From: Octopus bimaculoides
Lineage: Eukaryota
Reading direction: 5' to 3'
Assembly (NCBI RefSeq): GCF_001194135.2
Contig: NC_068986.1
Location: 7,672,372 to 7,717,414 of the forward strand
DNA: 45,043 nt
Position numbers and translations under genes: made by a program. This document shows, one piece after another, positions 24,872 to 36,690 of this stretch (position 1 is the first letter of the stretch; every line of letters starts with the position of its first letter). The notes beneath the pieces were generated by a model. The model saw nothing but the letters and a program-made list of their open reading frames with translations. It was not told where the DNA came from and did not search any database.

Positions 24872-25416
24872 CATCTATTTATACATACATATATATATAT
24901 GTGTGTATGTCTCTTTGTGTATGTATATATACTTACACACATACGTAAGAAAACATACACACATATATACAGCCTATATGTATAAATGTATGTATGCAAA
25001 TACACATGTACTCATACAAACATATATATTTTTATTCACACACACACATACATGTATGCAAATCGGAATACACACATACACATGTATATTCACTTAAGTT
25101 CACTCGTGCTGAGATTATGAAATATGTCATCGTTTCCCGCTTTATGTCTAAATTTCTTTTTTTTTTTTTTCCTCTTTTATGTTCTAATGTTTCGTTTATT
25201 TTTCTCTCTATATGGGTCGTTTTGTTATTTGTGGATCATATTTCAAGGCTCTTCAATAATAATACTCTTGAATTCTGTAGAATTATTTTGTAATTATAAA
25301 ACTATATAACACTTTTTGGTGTTCTACTGTTACGGAAGAATTACTGAAACAAGAATCATAATTGAATATTTGAAACATCACTGAAATTGCTTGTTATTCT
25401 TTCAAACACACACACG

Positions 25417-25451
<35 letters not shown>

Positions 25452-26369
25452 GCGCGCACACGCGCACACACACACATATATTCGCATACGTGTTTGCGTG
25501 TAAATGTGTGTGTGTGAAAGTATATGTGTACGTGTATGAACGTATTACTATGTACCAGTTCGTGAGAAAAAGGCTTACATATGCACAATTTAGGGCTCAA
25601 TACTCGAGGAACAGAATGTGAAATGATATATTTCGCACCCTGTCTGCAGAGTGTATTTGGTACCTATTTTGGTATCTAACACAGAGCTTATTCCAAATCA
25701 ATCTATTAACAGCTATTGTAATTTCTTTAAGGAAACCAAATCTATGTATTTGCCGCTTGAAGTTCGTGTGGTGTGGTGGGGCAGTGCGGGAGTATATTTC
25801 CCTTAAAGAACCTGAAATTCGACACTTTTTGACCCACTTTACCTGACTAGCATGCTTCACTTCTTTCAACTATATATACACATGCACACACACATGTCCA
25901 TATACAGACAGGGCTTCACTAATTGGTCCCCAAATCATGTCCGTGACTGACTAAAGAGATAGTCATTTGTACATACAACGTTTTATTCAGATCACACATG
26001 TTAATATACAAAACGGTATTTTAAAGTAAATATATCCAAACGTACACAGGAATGTAGAGATCCATTCCCTTCACTCGGTCTCAAAATACACACAAAAGCT
26101 AATTACAAGAATTCTGCTTTTCATCCACACACATGCAAAATTTTAAAGATGAGCACATACGTGTACATCCATAGATGTATGTATGTACCTATATATATAT
26201 ATATATGCATGTATACATATACGTACATATGTGTGTGATTTGTGTATGTATGCATGTATGTATGTATGTATGTATGTATGAATGTATATATATATATATA
26301 TATATATATACTTTTGTTATTTACACCACCTGTCCTCGTCTGTTGTTATTATTTGTATATTCTCCCATA

Positions 26370-26411
<42 letters not shown>

Positions 26412-26545
26412 NNNNNNNNNNNNNNNNNNNNNNNNNNNNNNNNNNNNNNNNNNNNNNNNNNNNNNNNNNNNNNNNNNNNNNNNNNNNNNNNNNNNNNNNN
26501 NNNNNNNNNNNNNNNNNNNNNNNNNNNNNNNNNNNNNNNNNNNNN

Positions 26546-26600
<55 letters not shown>

Positions 26601-26638
26601 CATACATGCGCGTGCACACTCACACACGCATATATATA

Positions 26639-26969
26639 CGAGGGGACGTCAAAAATTATCCGCACTTTCACCATAATATACCTTTATTATTGTCACACTG
26701 CCTTCTGCGCATGCGTTCTTATAGTTGGTACTGTTGTGGTCACGTTACCGAAGTCTGAGCCTCATTGCGTCATTTTTCTTTGGTACACATCGTTAGTGGA
26801 ACGACCATGCTTACACTGTAAAGCCAGAAAGAAAAATAATGCGATCAGGCTCAGACTTCGATTACGTAACCACAATAGTACCAACTATAATCACGCATGC
26901 GCAGAACGCAGTGTGACAATAATAAAGATATGTCATGGCGAAAGTGCGGATAATTTTTGACTTCCCTCG
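26639..26969. mobile_element. Mariner-type MITE, 331 bp, about 145-bp inverted arms
   Basis: TA|CGAGGGGACGTCAAAAATTATCCGCACTTT...AAAGTGCGGATAATTTTTGACTTCCCTCG|TA. Confidence 0.93.
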
Positions 26970-28317
26970 TATATATATATATCTGTATATACTTGTGAAG
27001 GCGAATATATAAACACAAATACGGTTATATTAATGTTTGTGTGTTTGTATGAATGTACGCATGTTTGTGTATACATATGTGTATATGTCTGAGTTTTAAT
27101 GAATGCATGTGTATGTGTGTCATATGTATGTGAATATGTGTTTGTGAAATGGTTTATTACCAAACTCTGTGTATTCAAAATACATTTGAGCGAAAAGTTG
27201 AGCCATAATGTATGTTTGTCTCTTTATCATTTGAAAAGGCCAGGATTAATTCCACATCTATTACAGAAACAATTGTTATTATTTCAATAGAATATTTTAC
27301 AAGATGAACAGGTTTTATTTTTTCCTGTTATTTGTTTGTACACATCCCTGAAGCAGTAAGGATTATTAATATTTCTGACAAGTTTTAAAATATAATACCG
27401 AATACATCTTTGTCCTGTGTCCAATGTAAACAATATCGTATTCATTGTTGCTTGTCAGTCTTCGATGCCAGTACAGTCAGGTGTTAGAATTGTTTCTTTT
27501 CTATTATTAGGTAGTATTGTTTGTCGCATATCTTATTTAATTGCTCTTTGTCAAGGAACAATGTTGTGTACTGTAATTATTGAGAAAGGAACAATGTGCT
27601 GTGTATTAGTATTGTTGAAAAGATCCAGTTGGGAATTTATGTTTAATAGTGTTACGCACTATCAGTCTCTGCACTCTTTTCAACTTTGCTGTTGTTTTCA
27701 TTACTCAGCTTTTCATGTTATTCGTTGAAAATAATATTAGTGTTCCTTCCAGTATATATATATATAACGATTCTTTCTTTAATCTAATCGTTATTTGTTG
27801 CTGGTTTCGTATTTCACCTTATGTACAAGGAATGTAGCTGTTACAAAGATTAAAGTAGTATTTTCGATAGTCTCAACTTGATAATGATACCACAACAATA
27901 TTTTTAAAAACGTTGCACCTCCACTATATATATATATATATATAAANNNNNNNNNNNNNNNNNNNNNNNNNNNNNNNNNNNNNNNNNNNNNNNNNNNNNN
28001 NNNNNNNNNNNNNNNNNNNNNNNNNNNNNNNNNNNNNNNNNNNNNNNNNNNNNNNNNNNNNNNNNNNNNNNNNNNNNNNNNNNNNNNNNNNNNNNNNNNN
28101 NNNNNNNNNNNNNNNNNNNNNNNNNNNNNNNNNNNNNNNNNNNNNNNNNNNNNNNNNNNNNNNNNNNNNNNNNNNNNNNNNNNNNNNNNNNNNNNNNNNN
28201 NNNNNNNNNNNNNNNNNNNNNNNNNNNNNNNNNNNNNNNNNNNNNNNNNNNNNNNNNNNNNNNNNNNNNNNNNNNNNNNNNNNNNNNNNNNNNNNNNNNN
28301 NNNNNNNNNNNNNNNNN

Positions 28318-28362
<45 letters not shown>

Positions 28363-28770
28363 ATGTGTATGTGTATGTATGTATGTATGTATGTATACAA
28401 CAGATTAATTTGTGATGGATTATCAATCCGGGATTATAAGCTCTCTGTTAGTATACCAAGCTAACAACAGCGGGTACATTAGTAAAGATTTCTGCGTATT
28501 CTTGTGAGAAGGACCGAGGTTATACGTTATCACTATCCTATATTGTAAATCCATGGTTGTGTTTCCAGTTAGACTTTTCTTTATTGTAGTAAATTTGATT
28601 TACATCACGTTCTAGTAGCCATTATAGGTTCGTTATTGATAAGTTTACTCAATCGGCCCATTGATCGGGTGAGAAAAATTAAACAACCTAGAAAATTAAT
28701 GCTACTGTAGTCACAAAAATGTAATGACTATGTAATGACTATTATTTATGTCTCGTCTCTTACTTATATA

Positions 28771-29382
28771 CAAGCTTCGGTGAATAAACTGTCATCTAAA
28801 TTAAATGAAAAAAACACTGACATCTTATTTTAGCAGATATATTTACCAAAATTACATAAAACTATCTTGAAATATTAAAGCCTAAATTTATTCAATAATA
28901 AAGGCCTTTGGCTTTAACAACTTCGGAATCTCCTGTAACTCTACTCTTATGGGCTGTCTCCTTGTTTAAGTTGGTGAATGCTGCCACAATCATTGCCTTA
29001 AGATCATCTTTGGTGTTACAAGGAGTTTTTTTGGTCTCTCGCTCAACTGCGCCCCACACATAATAATCAAGGGTCTTACAGTGTGGGAAGTTAGATGGCC
29101 AGATGTTAGGCGTGGTGTGGTCGCAGAAATTGTCTGACGGCAATGACTGGGTTCTCTTGCTTGTGTAGCAGGGTGCGCAGTCCTGTTGCCAGACATAGGG
29201 TCTTCCAGCAGCCACCTTCTTGACACAGGACAGTACTACTTCCTCCAGGAAGAAATGAATTATTGTCGATGGGAATGCTATCTAAAATCACTATATTAAG
29301 TAGTCGACAAAATTCAAAAGAAACAATGTGCATGCACAAAATTAAAAATGTAAAATGGGAACAATTTCCCCATCGCACCCTG
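28771..29382 (-). mobile_element. Internally deleted Tc1/mariner (maT/DD37D-like) element
   Basis: 5' TIR CAGGGTGCGATGGGGAAATTGTTCCC at 29382-29357 and a weak partner at 28771. Only the transposase C-terminus remains: LEEVVLSCVKKVAAGRPYVWQQDCAPCYTSKRTQ...IWPSNFPHCKTLDYYVWGAVERET. 37 residues separate the D of QQD from the D of LDY. Confidence 0.88.
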
Positions 29383-29384
29383 TT

Positions 29385-29423
<39 letters not shown>

Positions 29424-31130
29424 ATATATANNNNNNNNNNNNNNNNNNNNNNNNNNNNNNNNNNNNNNNNNNNNNNNNNNNNNNNNNNNNNNNNNNNNNN
29501 NNNNNNNNNNNNNNNNNNNNNNNNNNNNNNNNNNNNNNNNNNNNNNNNNNNNNNNNNNNNNNNNNNNNNNNNNNNNNNNNNNNNNNNNNNNNNNNNNNNN
29601 NNNNNNNNNNNNNNNNNNNNNNNNNNNNNNNNNNNNNNNNNNNNNNNNNNNNNNNNNNNNNNNNNNNNNNNNNNNNNNNNNNNNNNNNNNNNNNNNNNNN
29701 NNNNNNNNNNNNNNNNNNNNNNNNNNNNNNNNNNNNNNNNNNNNNNNNNNNNNNNNNNNNNNNNNNNNNNNNNNNNNNNNNNNNNNNNNNNNNNNNNNNN
29801 NNNNNNNNNNNNNNNNNNNNNNNNNNNNNNNNNNNNNNNNNNNNNNNNNNNNNNNNNNNNNNNNNNNNNNNNNNNNNNNNNNNNNNNNNNNNNNNNNNNN
29901 NNNNNNNNNNNNNNNNNNNNNNNNNNNNNNNNNNNNNNNNNNNNNNNNNNNNNNNNNNNNNNNNNNNNNNNNNNNNNNNNNNNNNNNNNNNNNNNNNNNN
30001 NNNNNNNNNNNNNNNNNNNNNNNNNNNNNNNNNNNNNNNNNNNNNCTGCGATTGGATTGAGAAGAATTAGACACACATTTTCAATGCTTCTATTTTCCTC
30101 TTCTATATAACATTTCTATATGCTCTTTTGTCACCAAACAAATCTAGAGAAAAATTTAAATACCTTATCGGAATGTAGTTATTAGAAATGAAAAACGAAC
30201 ACATTTAAATGGTTTTATTAAATATCAGAACAGCTATCTGTAATTATGAGAATCGCAAGATATAAATCAAAATTTTATTAGTTGCAGATTGGGGGAGGAA
30301 GCATTAATCTTGCCTTCTCGTCATCTGATTTGGAGCAGAAAGTATTTGCCATGATATTCTACTCCAATATAGCATTTCTTCATCAGATATGTTGATACTG
30401 TCAGTAAAGTCCTGGCAGGAAGAAATGAATTATTGTCGATGGGAATGCTATCTAAAATCACTCTATTAAATTTCTACATCCTTACCTGATTTGCCACTGC
30501 ATTCGCATAGCTAATTAACTAATTATCTACTTACGGATTTGATATAATTAGGTAATTACCCAAAGCTGTAAGTAGAGTTTGTTATTCTAAGAACACGGGA
30601 AATAATTAATATCAAATAAAACTTTAGTTGTGATGAATATGAGTAACCATAGACATATTAATTATTGTTGAAAATCAATGACTCATTTGCGAAGTTGAAA
30701 ATACATTTCGATTTAATCAAACTGGAAATATCAATAAATTAATTTTAGAACAACAGACATCTGTTGAAGTGATTCAATTACATTCCCCAGAATTAGGAAT
30801 TAATCTATTCTATACAGGGGGAATATCAAAGGGATTACAGTACATGGTTACAATATTTCCGCTAGTCCCTTATTTCAAGAGCAGTCTCATGAGGGTTATA
30901 GCAAACTTTTTGTTTATTTTATGGCTTATATACTTCGACTATTTTTTCAGTTGCACTATATCTTCATATTAAATGTTCTTTTTACCTGATGCCCTAGATT
31001 TCTTACAGGGGAATCCAGTGTAATAATTAAACTCATGTAGCCCACAGCTCTCATATGTATATAATTGAATATTACATTTTTTAAAAAATCAGGTTGATTA
31101 ATTTTCAGTCTGTTATTTAGAGCGATGGTA

Positions 31131-31510
31131 GAGGCGCAATGGCCCAGTGGTTAGGATAGCGGACTCGCGGTCATAGGATCGCAGTTTCGATTCTCAGACC
31201 GGGCGTTGTGAGTGTTTATTGAGCGAAAACACCTAAAGCTCCACGAGGCTCCGGCAGGGGATGGTAGCGAGCCCTGCTGTACTCTTTCACCACAACTTTC
31301 TCTCACTCTTACTTCCTGTTTCTGTTGTGCCTGTAATTCAAAGGGTCAGCCTTGTCACACTCTGTGTCACACTGAATATCCCCGAGAACTACGTTAAGAG
31401 TACACGTGTCTGTGGAGTGCTCAGTCACTTGCACGTTTATTTCACGAGCAGGCTGTTCCGTTGATCGGATCAACTGGAACCCTCGACTTCGTAAGCGACG
31501 GAGTGCCAAC
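31131..31510 (+). mobile_element. tRNA-derived SINE family B, apparently complete (about 380 bp)
   Basis: GAGGCGCAATGGCCCAGTGGTTAGG (A box), GACTCGCGGTC anticodon-arm-like, GTTTCGATTC (B-box-like), then about 300 bp of GC-richer non-tRNA body ending GACGGAGTGCCAAC. Confidence 0.88.
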
Positions 31511-31589
31511 ATTTAGAGAAATATATCATATCTGACTGGCAGACTCATTAGGGCACCGAGCAAAATTCATTGTGGTAGTTATCCAGAGC

Positions 31590-31690
31590 TCTTTTACGTT
31601 CTCAGTTCAAATCCCGCAAGAATTAACTCTTCTTATTTTTCTGGGGATAGATGAATAAAGTAGAGTTCAATAAAAATAATCGATCTAATC
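31590..31690 (+). mobile_element. Degraded SINE family C fragment
   Basis: TTTACGTTCTCAGTTCAAATCCCGC (B-box-like) then GGGGATAGATGAATAAAGTA...TAATCGA. Confidence 0.5.
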
Positions 31691-33591
31691 CTTTCAAAGC
31701 ATACATGCTTTTGCGCAAGTATTACAATCTGCCATTTATAGAGATATGTTGTCATAGTTTCTCTTTAACTAAATACAATATCTGTTTTTGTTAGGAAAGA
31801 GGGTAACAGGAATAAATGTATTTCAGATAGCATGGACACCAAGCAACAGCAAGACACCGTTACATTTTAATGTATCAGCAATGATACGTTGACCTAGAAT
31901 TATTGATTTGGAATTTATTTAGAATATTCTACACTCTAAATTGTCCAAATGTATTGATGTCTTATAATTTATCATGAAGCTATATCTACTGTGAATTGTA
32001 TTCAACTGATTTTAATTGTAGGTTCTCTTATTCGTAAACCTACAAACTTTTCCTTCTGTTCGGTTGCATACAGTCCTTATTATCTCTTGGTGGAGACTAT
32101 ATAAGGTTTTATGTAGTGCTGCTTCTGAATAGGCGTTTTATGGATGTGTGCACCTTTACTGGAAATATGTGAACAATTTAAAACTGTTAGCAGTACTTAG
32201 TAGCTTGAATTATTAATTATTTTTCACATAATTCCCTCCGAGCGTTTTCTGAAATATTAAGTTTCGTAATGGAAACCTTAGTTATAGCTGCCTGTGTTAG
32301 AAGAAGTACTAAGTTCAGTCATTGAAGAAACATTTTGCACGCCATCATTCTCACCAAAACTTACAGTTATGATAGATTTTTAGAGTTTCCAACAAACATA
32401 TACTGTGGAGTCAACTGCTTCAAACTTCAAGGCCTGACTCCATAACATTGTACATTCTTTAAAATAGAACAGGAAATAGCATCTGAGATCTCAATGGATT
32501 ACCGCATTTTCATGGATTCATTTAGTTAATGTTTCTACCTATAGAGGAACTGTAATTTGTGCTCGGTAGAAGGACTGAAACTTCTTAATTGTAGATCCGA
32601 TTAATCAAGATGAAGTCTTAATCAAGATGAAGTGTCCACACTTATTTATTTAATAAATCTTTCTCAAACTTTCCACATAAATAACCTACATAAACAAAGT
32701 ATTTATGTCCAACAAACTTTAATACCTGTTGGATTTTCTTATGAATTATCCTCCGCTCGTCATTGAATTATATCTTGTGTAACATATCTATTACATTTTT
32801 CTTTAACTAATCTTCGATCTAATCCTTAACTATTGCATCTAATTTAATCCATTGCAACTGTAGTACACCTAATATCATTTAATGTTGATCACAGACGACG
32901 TGGGAAATAGTTTAATATTTACACTTGTTACAACGATCGTCTGCTTCCGTTTTTTACTTCGTTTCTTTCAAATTTCTTCTCTTATTAACTGCTCTCTATA
33001 CTGTATTTTGATTACCCCTCCCCTTCCATTGATTCTAGTAGTGAATATATTATAGCAAATTTCCCTTTCTATTTATATTCACTGCACCAGCGTACTTTAA
33101 AAATTGATGACACCCTGACCTTTGAGGTGCTGCGCATTCTAAATCAAAGAAGATGGTTTCATATGTCACTTATCTACAACCTCCATCTACTGAATTATTT
33201 TGACGGAAAGAATACTTGATGTTGATAACTTTAATAGCATGCAACTCTGTTGAAAACTCTAGACAAAACTACCATAACAATTCTAAGGTCTGATGAGAAT
33301 GATGGAGGGTAAGCTATTTAATTAATTAATTAATTAATTAATTAATTGATACCAATTTTCCTCNNNNNNNNNNNNNNNNNNNNNNNNNNNNNNNNNNNNN
33401 NNNNNNNNNNNNNNNNNNNNNNNNNNNNNNNNNNNNNNNNNNNNNNNNNNNNNNNNNNNNNNNNNNNNNNNNNNNNNNNNNNNNNNNNNNNNNNNNNNNN
33501 NNNNNNNNNNNNNNNNNNNNNNNNNNNNNNNNNNNNNNNNNNNNNNNNNNNNNNNNNNNNNNNNNNNNNNNNNNNNNNNNNNNNNNNNNNN

Positions 33592-33627
<36 letters not shown>

Positions 33628-33631
33628 GCGT

Positions 33632-34910
33632 CCCGAAATGTACGCATGCAGTGGAAAATCTGTCCATCAAATGTTACATATTCCACTCTGAGTGTGCCAA
33701 CAAATCAGCATCATCAGCATAAAGTAATTCTCTAACAATTAATTTGGAGAAAAACCAAAGTAATGTTTACTCCCGTGCCTAGACAAACATTCTGAACCAA
33801 ACATTTTTGTGAATGCAACAAGGTTAGAAGTCGTTGAAACCTTTGTTTACCTAGGAAGCATACTATCAAGAGATGGTAGTTTGATGCAGAGATATGCTCT
33901 CAACCAGGGAAGGGAAGTGCTGCATTTGGAAAGTTCGAAAAGCGAGTATGGGCGGACAGAGGTATTGCCCTGCAGTCAAAAAATCAGTGTCTATAAAGCG
34001 TGTGTATTGTCTGCACCTCTTTATTCAAGTGACACATGGATCATTTACAAGTATCATATAAAGCTTCTGGAGAAATTTCATCAAAAGTGTTTCAGACGTA
34101 TCTTAAGAGTCAAATGGGAATGTTTCATACCAGATACAAAGGTTTTGCGCATGGAACGTTGCAGCTCAATTGAACAACATGTTATCTTGGCTGAAATGAG
34201 ATGGAATGGACATGTTATTAGAATGAAAGACGAGCGTTTGCCAAAGCATCTTTTTTTATGATGAGCTCACCTCTGGTAAGCGACCACAACATAAGCCGAG
34301 GAAAACGTATAAAGTCTGTTTCAAGGAAAATCTGAAGAAACTAGATATGAATAAAAGTGATTTGGAAAATGGTGTTCTAGATCGAAACAAGTGGAGAGGT
34401 GCTGTTAGGACAGGTTTCCAAGCCTGGGAGGAACAGATGATTCAGCACTCTTAAACTGAAAAGGGTCTGTCGCAAAGGAACAATTGGAACTGTAATCAAC
34501 AGAGAACATTGGATATGTATTATATGTGACCGTTCTCTGTTGTCAAAAGCAGGATACGTGAAACATATGAAGTCACATGAAAATCGTAATGCCTAGACAG
34601 GTAATGATCTTGGACACCAACCACCTCTTATGACTTGTATCATATGTCAAAAAACTCGTAAGACAATATCTGGACTTAAAAAACATACTAGTTCACAAAA
34701 ACATTCCTTCAGAATCAGATTCCAAAGGTCAAAGATATAGAAGAAACTTGAATAATATCTGTCACTTGTGTTTTAAACCCTGTCAGTCAGCAGCTGGTCT
34801 TAGAAGTCATCTGAGGGCTCATCAACGGAGTGATCGTACTGTGTGATGGGTTGTGGTGTGTGTTGATGGGAAGGCTATCATCTCTCAAGATGAAGCAATC
34901 GTCATATATA
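33632..34910 (+). mobile_element. 5'-truncated, 5'-inverted RTE (BovB-like) LINE with three C-terminal C2H2 fingers; decayed
   Basis: Plus strand from 33732: LTINLEKTKVM, VETFVYLGSILSRDG, KISVYKACVLSAPLYSSDTW, LEKFHQKCFRRIL, MRWNGHVIRMKDERLPKHLF, DRNKWRGAV. Minus strand 33742-33632: IVRELLYADDADLLAHSE..M*HLMDRFSTACVHFG. 3' end GATGAAGCAATCGTCA then (TA)n. Confidence 0.95.
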
Positions 34911-36623
34911 TATATATANNNNNNNNNNNNNNNNNNNNNNNNNNNNNNNNNNNNNNNNNNNNNNNNNNNNNNNNNNNNNNNNNNNNNNNNNNNNNNNNNN
35001 NNNNNNNNNNNNNNNNNNNNNNNNNNNNNNNNNNNNNNNNNNNNNNNNNNNNNNNNNNNNNNNNNNNNNNNNNNNNNNNNNNNNNNNNNNNNNNNNNNNN
35101 NNNNNNNNNNNNNNNNNNNNNNNNNNNNNNNNNNNNNNNNNNNNNNNNNNNNNNNNNGAGAGAGAGAGAGAGAGAGAGAGAGGAAGAGAAAGAAAGAGAT
35201 CGATCGATCGATAGATAAATAGAAAATAAAATTGACAAATATAACGGTCATTCATATACTTTCCTCTGCTTATATATAACAATCTTGACTTTAGCCTAAA
35301 TGTTATATGGCATACGCGTTCACGATATTCCTTTCAATCATTTTATATTTTCTATTATAATTTTGTACAAAATTCATTATCATAATTTTTTATAGTTCAA
35401 TGATACTTGGAATTCCTTCTGCTCGCTCATTGTTTAACAACTCTCTTCGTTTCACTAAGAGCTATGATATAATATGTTATCTATTTCAAAGCTGCAAATT
35501 TTATAGTTAACAAAAATTTATAGGTTCTTTTAGAATATATATCAATATCTGACATTTATAACTTTTTAATATTTCTAACCTTGAAGATCGTAAACATTAA
35601 ATATTTCCCTTCATTTTATTGGATGTATTCAAAAGATCTACGTTCCGCTTTTATTGCGGTTGTCAAGCAATTACCGTTTATTAGAAAATCGTAAATCGAA
35701 ATATATTGAGCCTTAATGGTGGAATATTTCATTCATTTGAAGCTGGCTTGAATGCACCATTGGAGATAATTCTGCAAAATTGTTGTTAATATTAGAAAGT
35801 AAATTGGTTGCTTCTCAAACAGATTCCTTCTTGGTGTGGCCATTGATAGAATAACATCAAAGCACACAAAATTCTAATCAGCATGTAGAACTATAACAAA
35901 AAAGAAATCCTACTAAACGAGAATAAATTCTGTAATATTATATATTATTACAGAATTTACTGGAAAATCCAATGAAAACTTAATAAAATATCAAATTAAA
36001 TTTGTCTGGTAGTATGCGATTTGACATATTTACTTTAATAAATGTTTTTTATGCACATGCGCACATATTCATACTCACACACATACACAGACACTCCCAC
36101 ACATGTAAACATATACACATACGCACAGATACGCACATATATTGGTAAATTATTAGCACCGTTCCGTTACATTACTCATGCATTCCATAGCAAAGGAAAA
36201 TTCGAGAAGTGGCTATCTCAGAATCAATTCTGAAATGGTTCACCAAAACTCCTTCGCTGAAACTATTTCATTTGTTTCTAGTTAGATATGAAGCCGAAGA
36301 TCTGGAACGATCTGGATCTTGTTTAGGCATTGTATTATTGTAGCATGTTTGGCTGTACTATGCAGAATTATACTAATAGCGTCCACAAAATGCTTATAGT
36401 TTCTCGGTATGGTATTCCCAGTAATGTTTACAGTTCATCAATGTGTGATTACGCAATTAAATGGCAGTCTAGGAAATATTGGTTTAGATAGCTATTAATT
36501 AATTAATGTGTATAAAAAATAATTCAGTTTGCGGTAATATTTAATACAATGGATATTAAAGCTTAACTGGAAATAACTATTCAGTTGAAATATTTTTGTG
36601 GTTCACTAATAATAAATTGTTTT

Positions 36624-36690
36624 GAATAGGCAAATAAAGAGAAATAATTTTGGCTATATTTCGGTTTATTATCACCTCATCAGTGAAGTA
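36624..36690 (-). ncRNA. Hammerhead-ribozyme-like core, probably inactive
   Basis: Minus strand CTGATGA-GGT-gataataa-ACC-GAAA-t-ATAGCCAAA...TTTGCCTAT-TC. Stems II and III are visible; stem I and the cleavage-site pairing are defective. Confidence 0.4.

Noticed and set aside
23349-25097. 582-aa ORF as an intact gene
   Set aside because: Only about 23394-24375 is real RT; the rest is gap and microsatellite, and the first residues are out of frame.
25622-25845. 75-codon start-less frame faintly like a Tx1/L1 C-terminus
   Set aside because: No diagnostic motif.
31131-31205. tRNA gene (also the heads at 11875 and 15157)
   Set aside because: A/B boxes are present but no complete cloverleaf, and each continues into a SINE body.
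32601-32633. 17-bp tandem duplication
   Set aside because: Ordinary slippage product.
33238-33314. Exon ending GAGG|GTAAGC
   Set aside because: Strong donor, but weak acceptor and unrecognisable peptide.
34516-34846. Host C2H2 zinc-finger gene
   Set aside because: No TGEKP linkers or splice acceptor; collinear with the RTE ORF and followed by the LINE 3' end.
35924-35959. 14-bp AT-rich hairpin
   Set aside because: Short AT-rich palindromes are expected at this composition; bacterial terminator logic does not apply.
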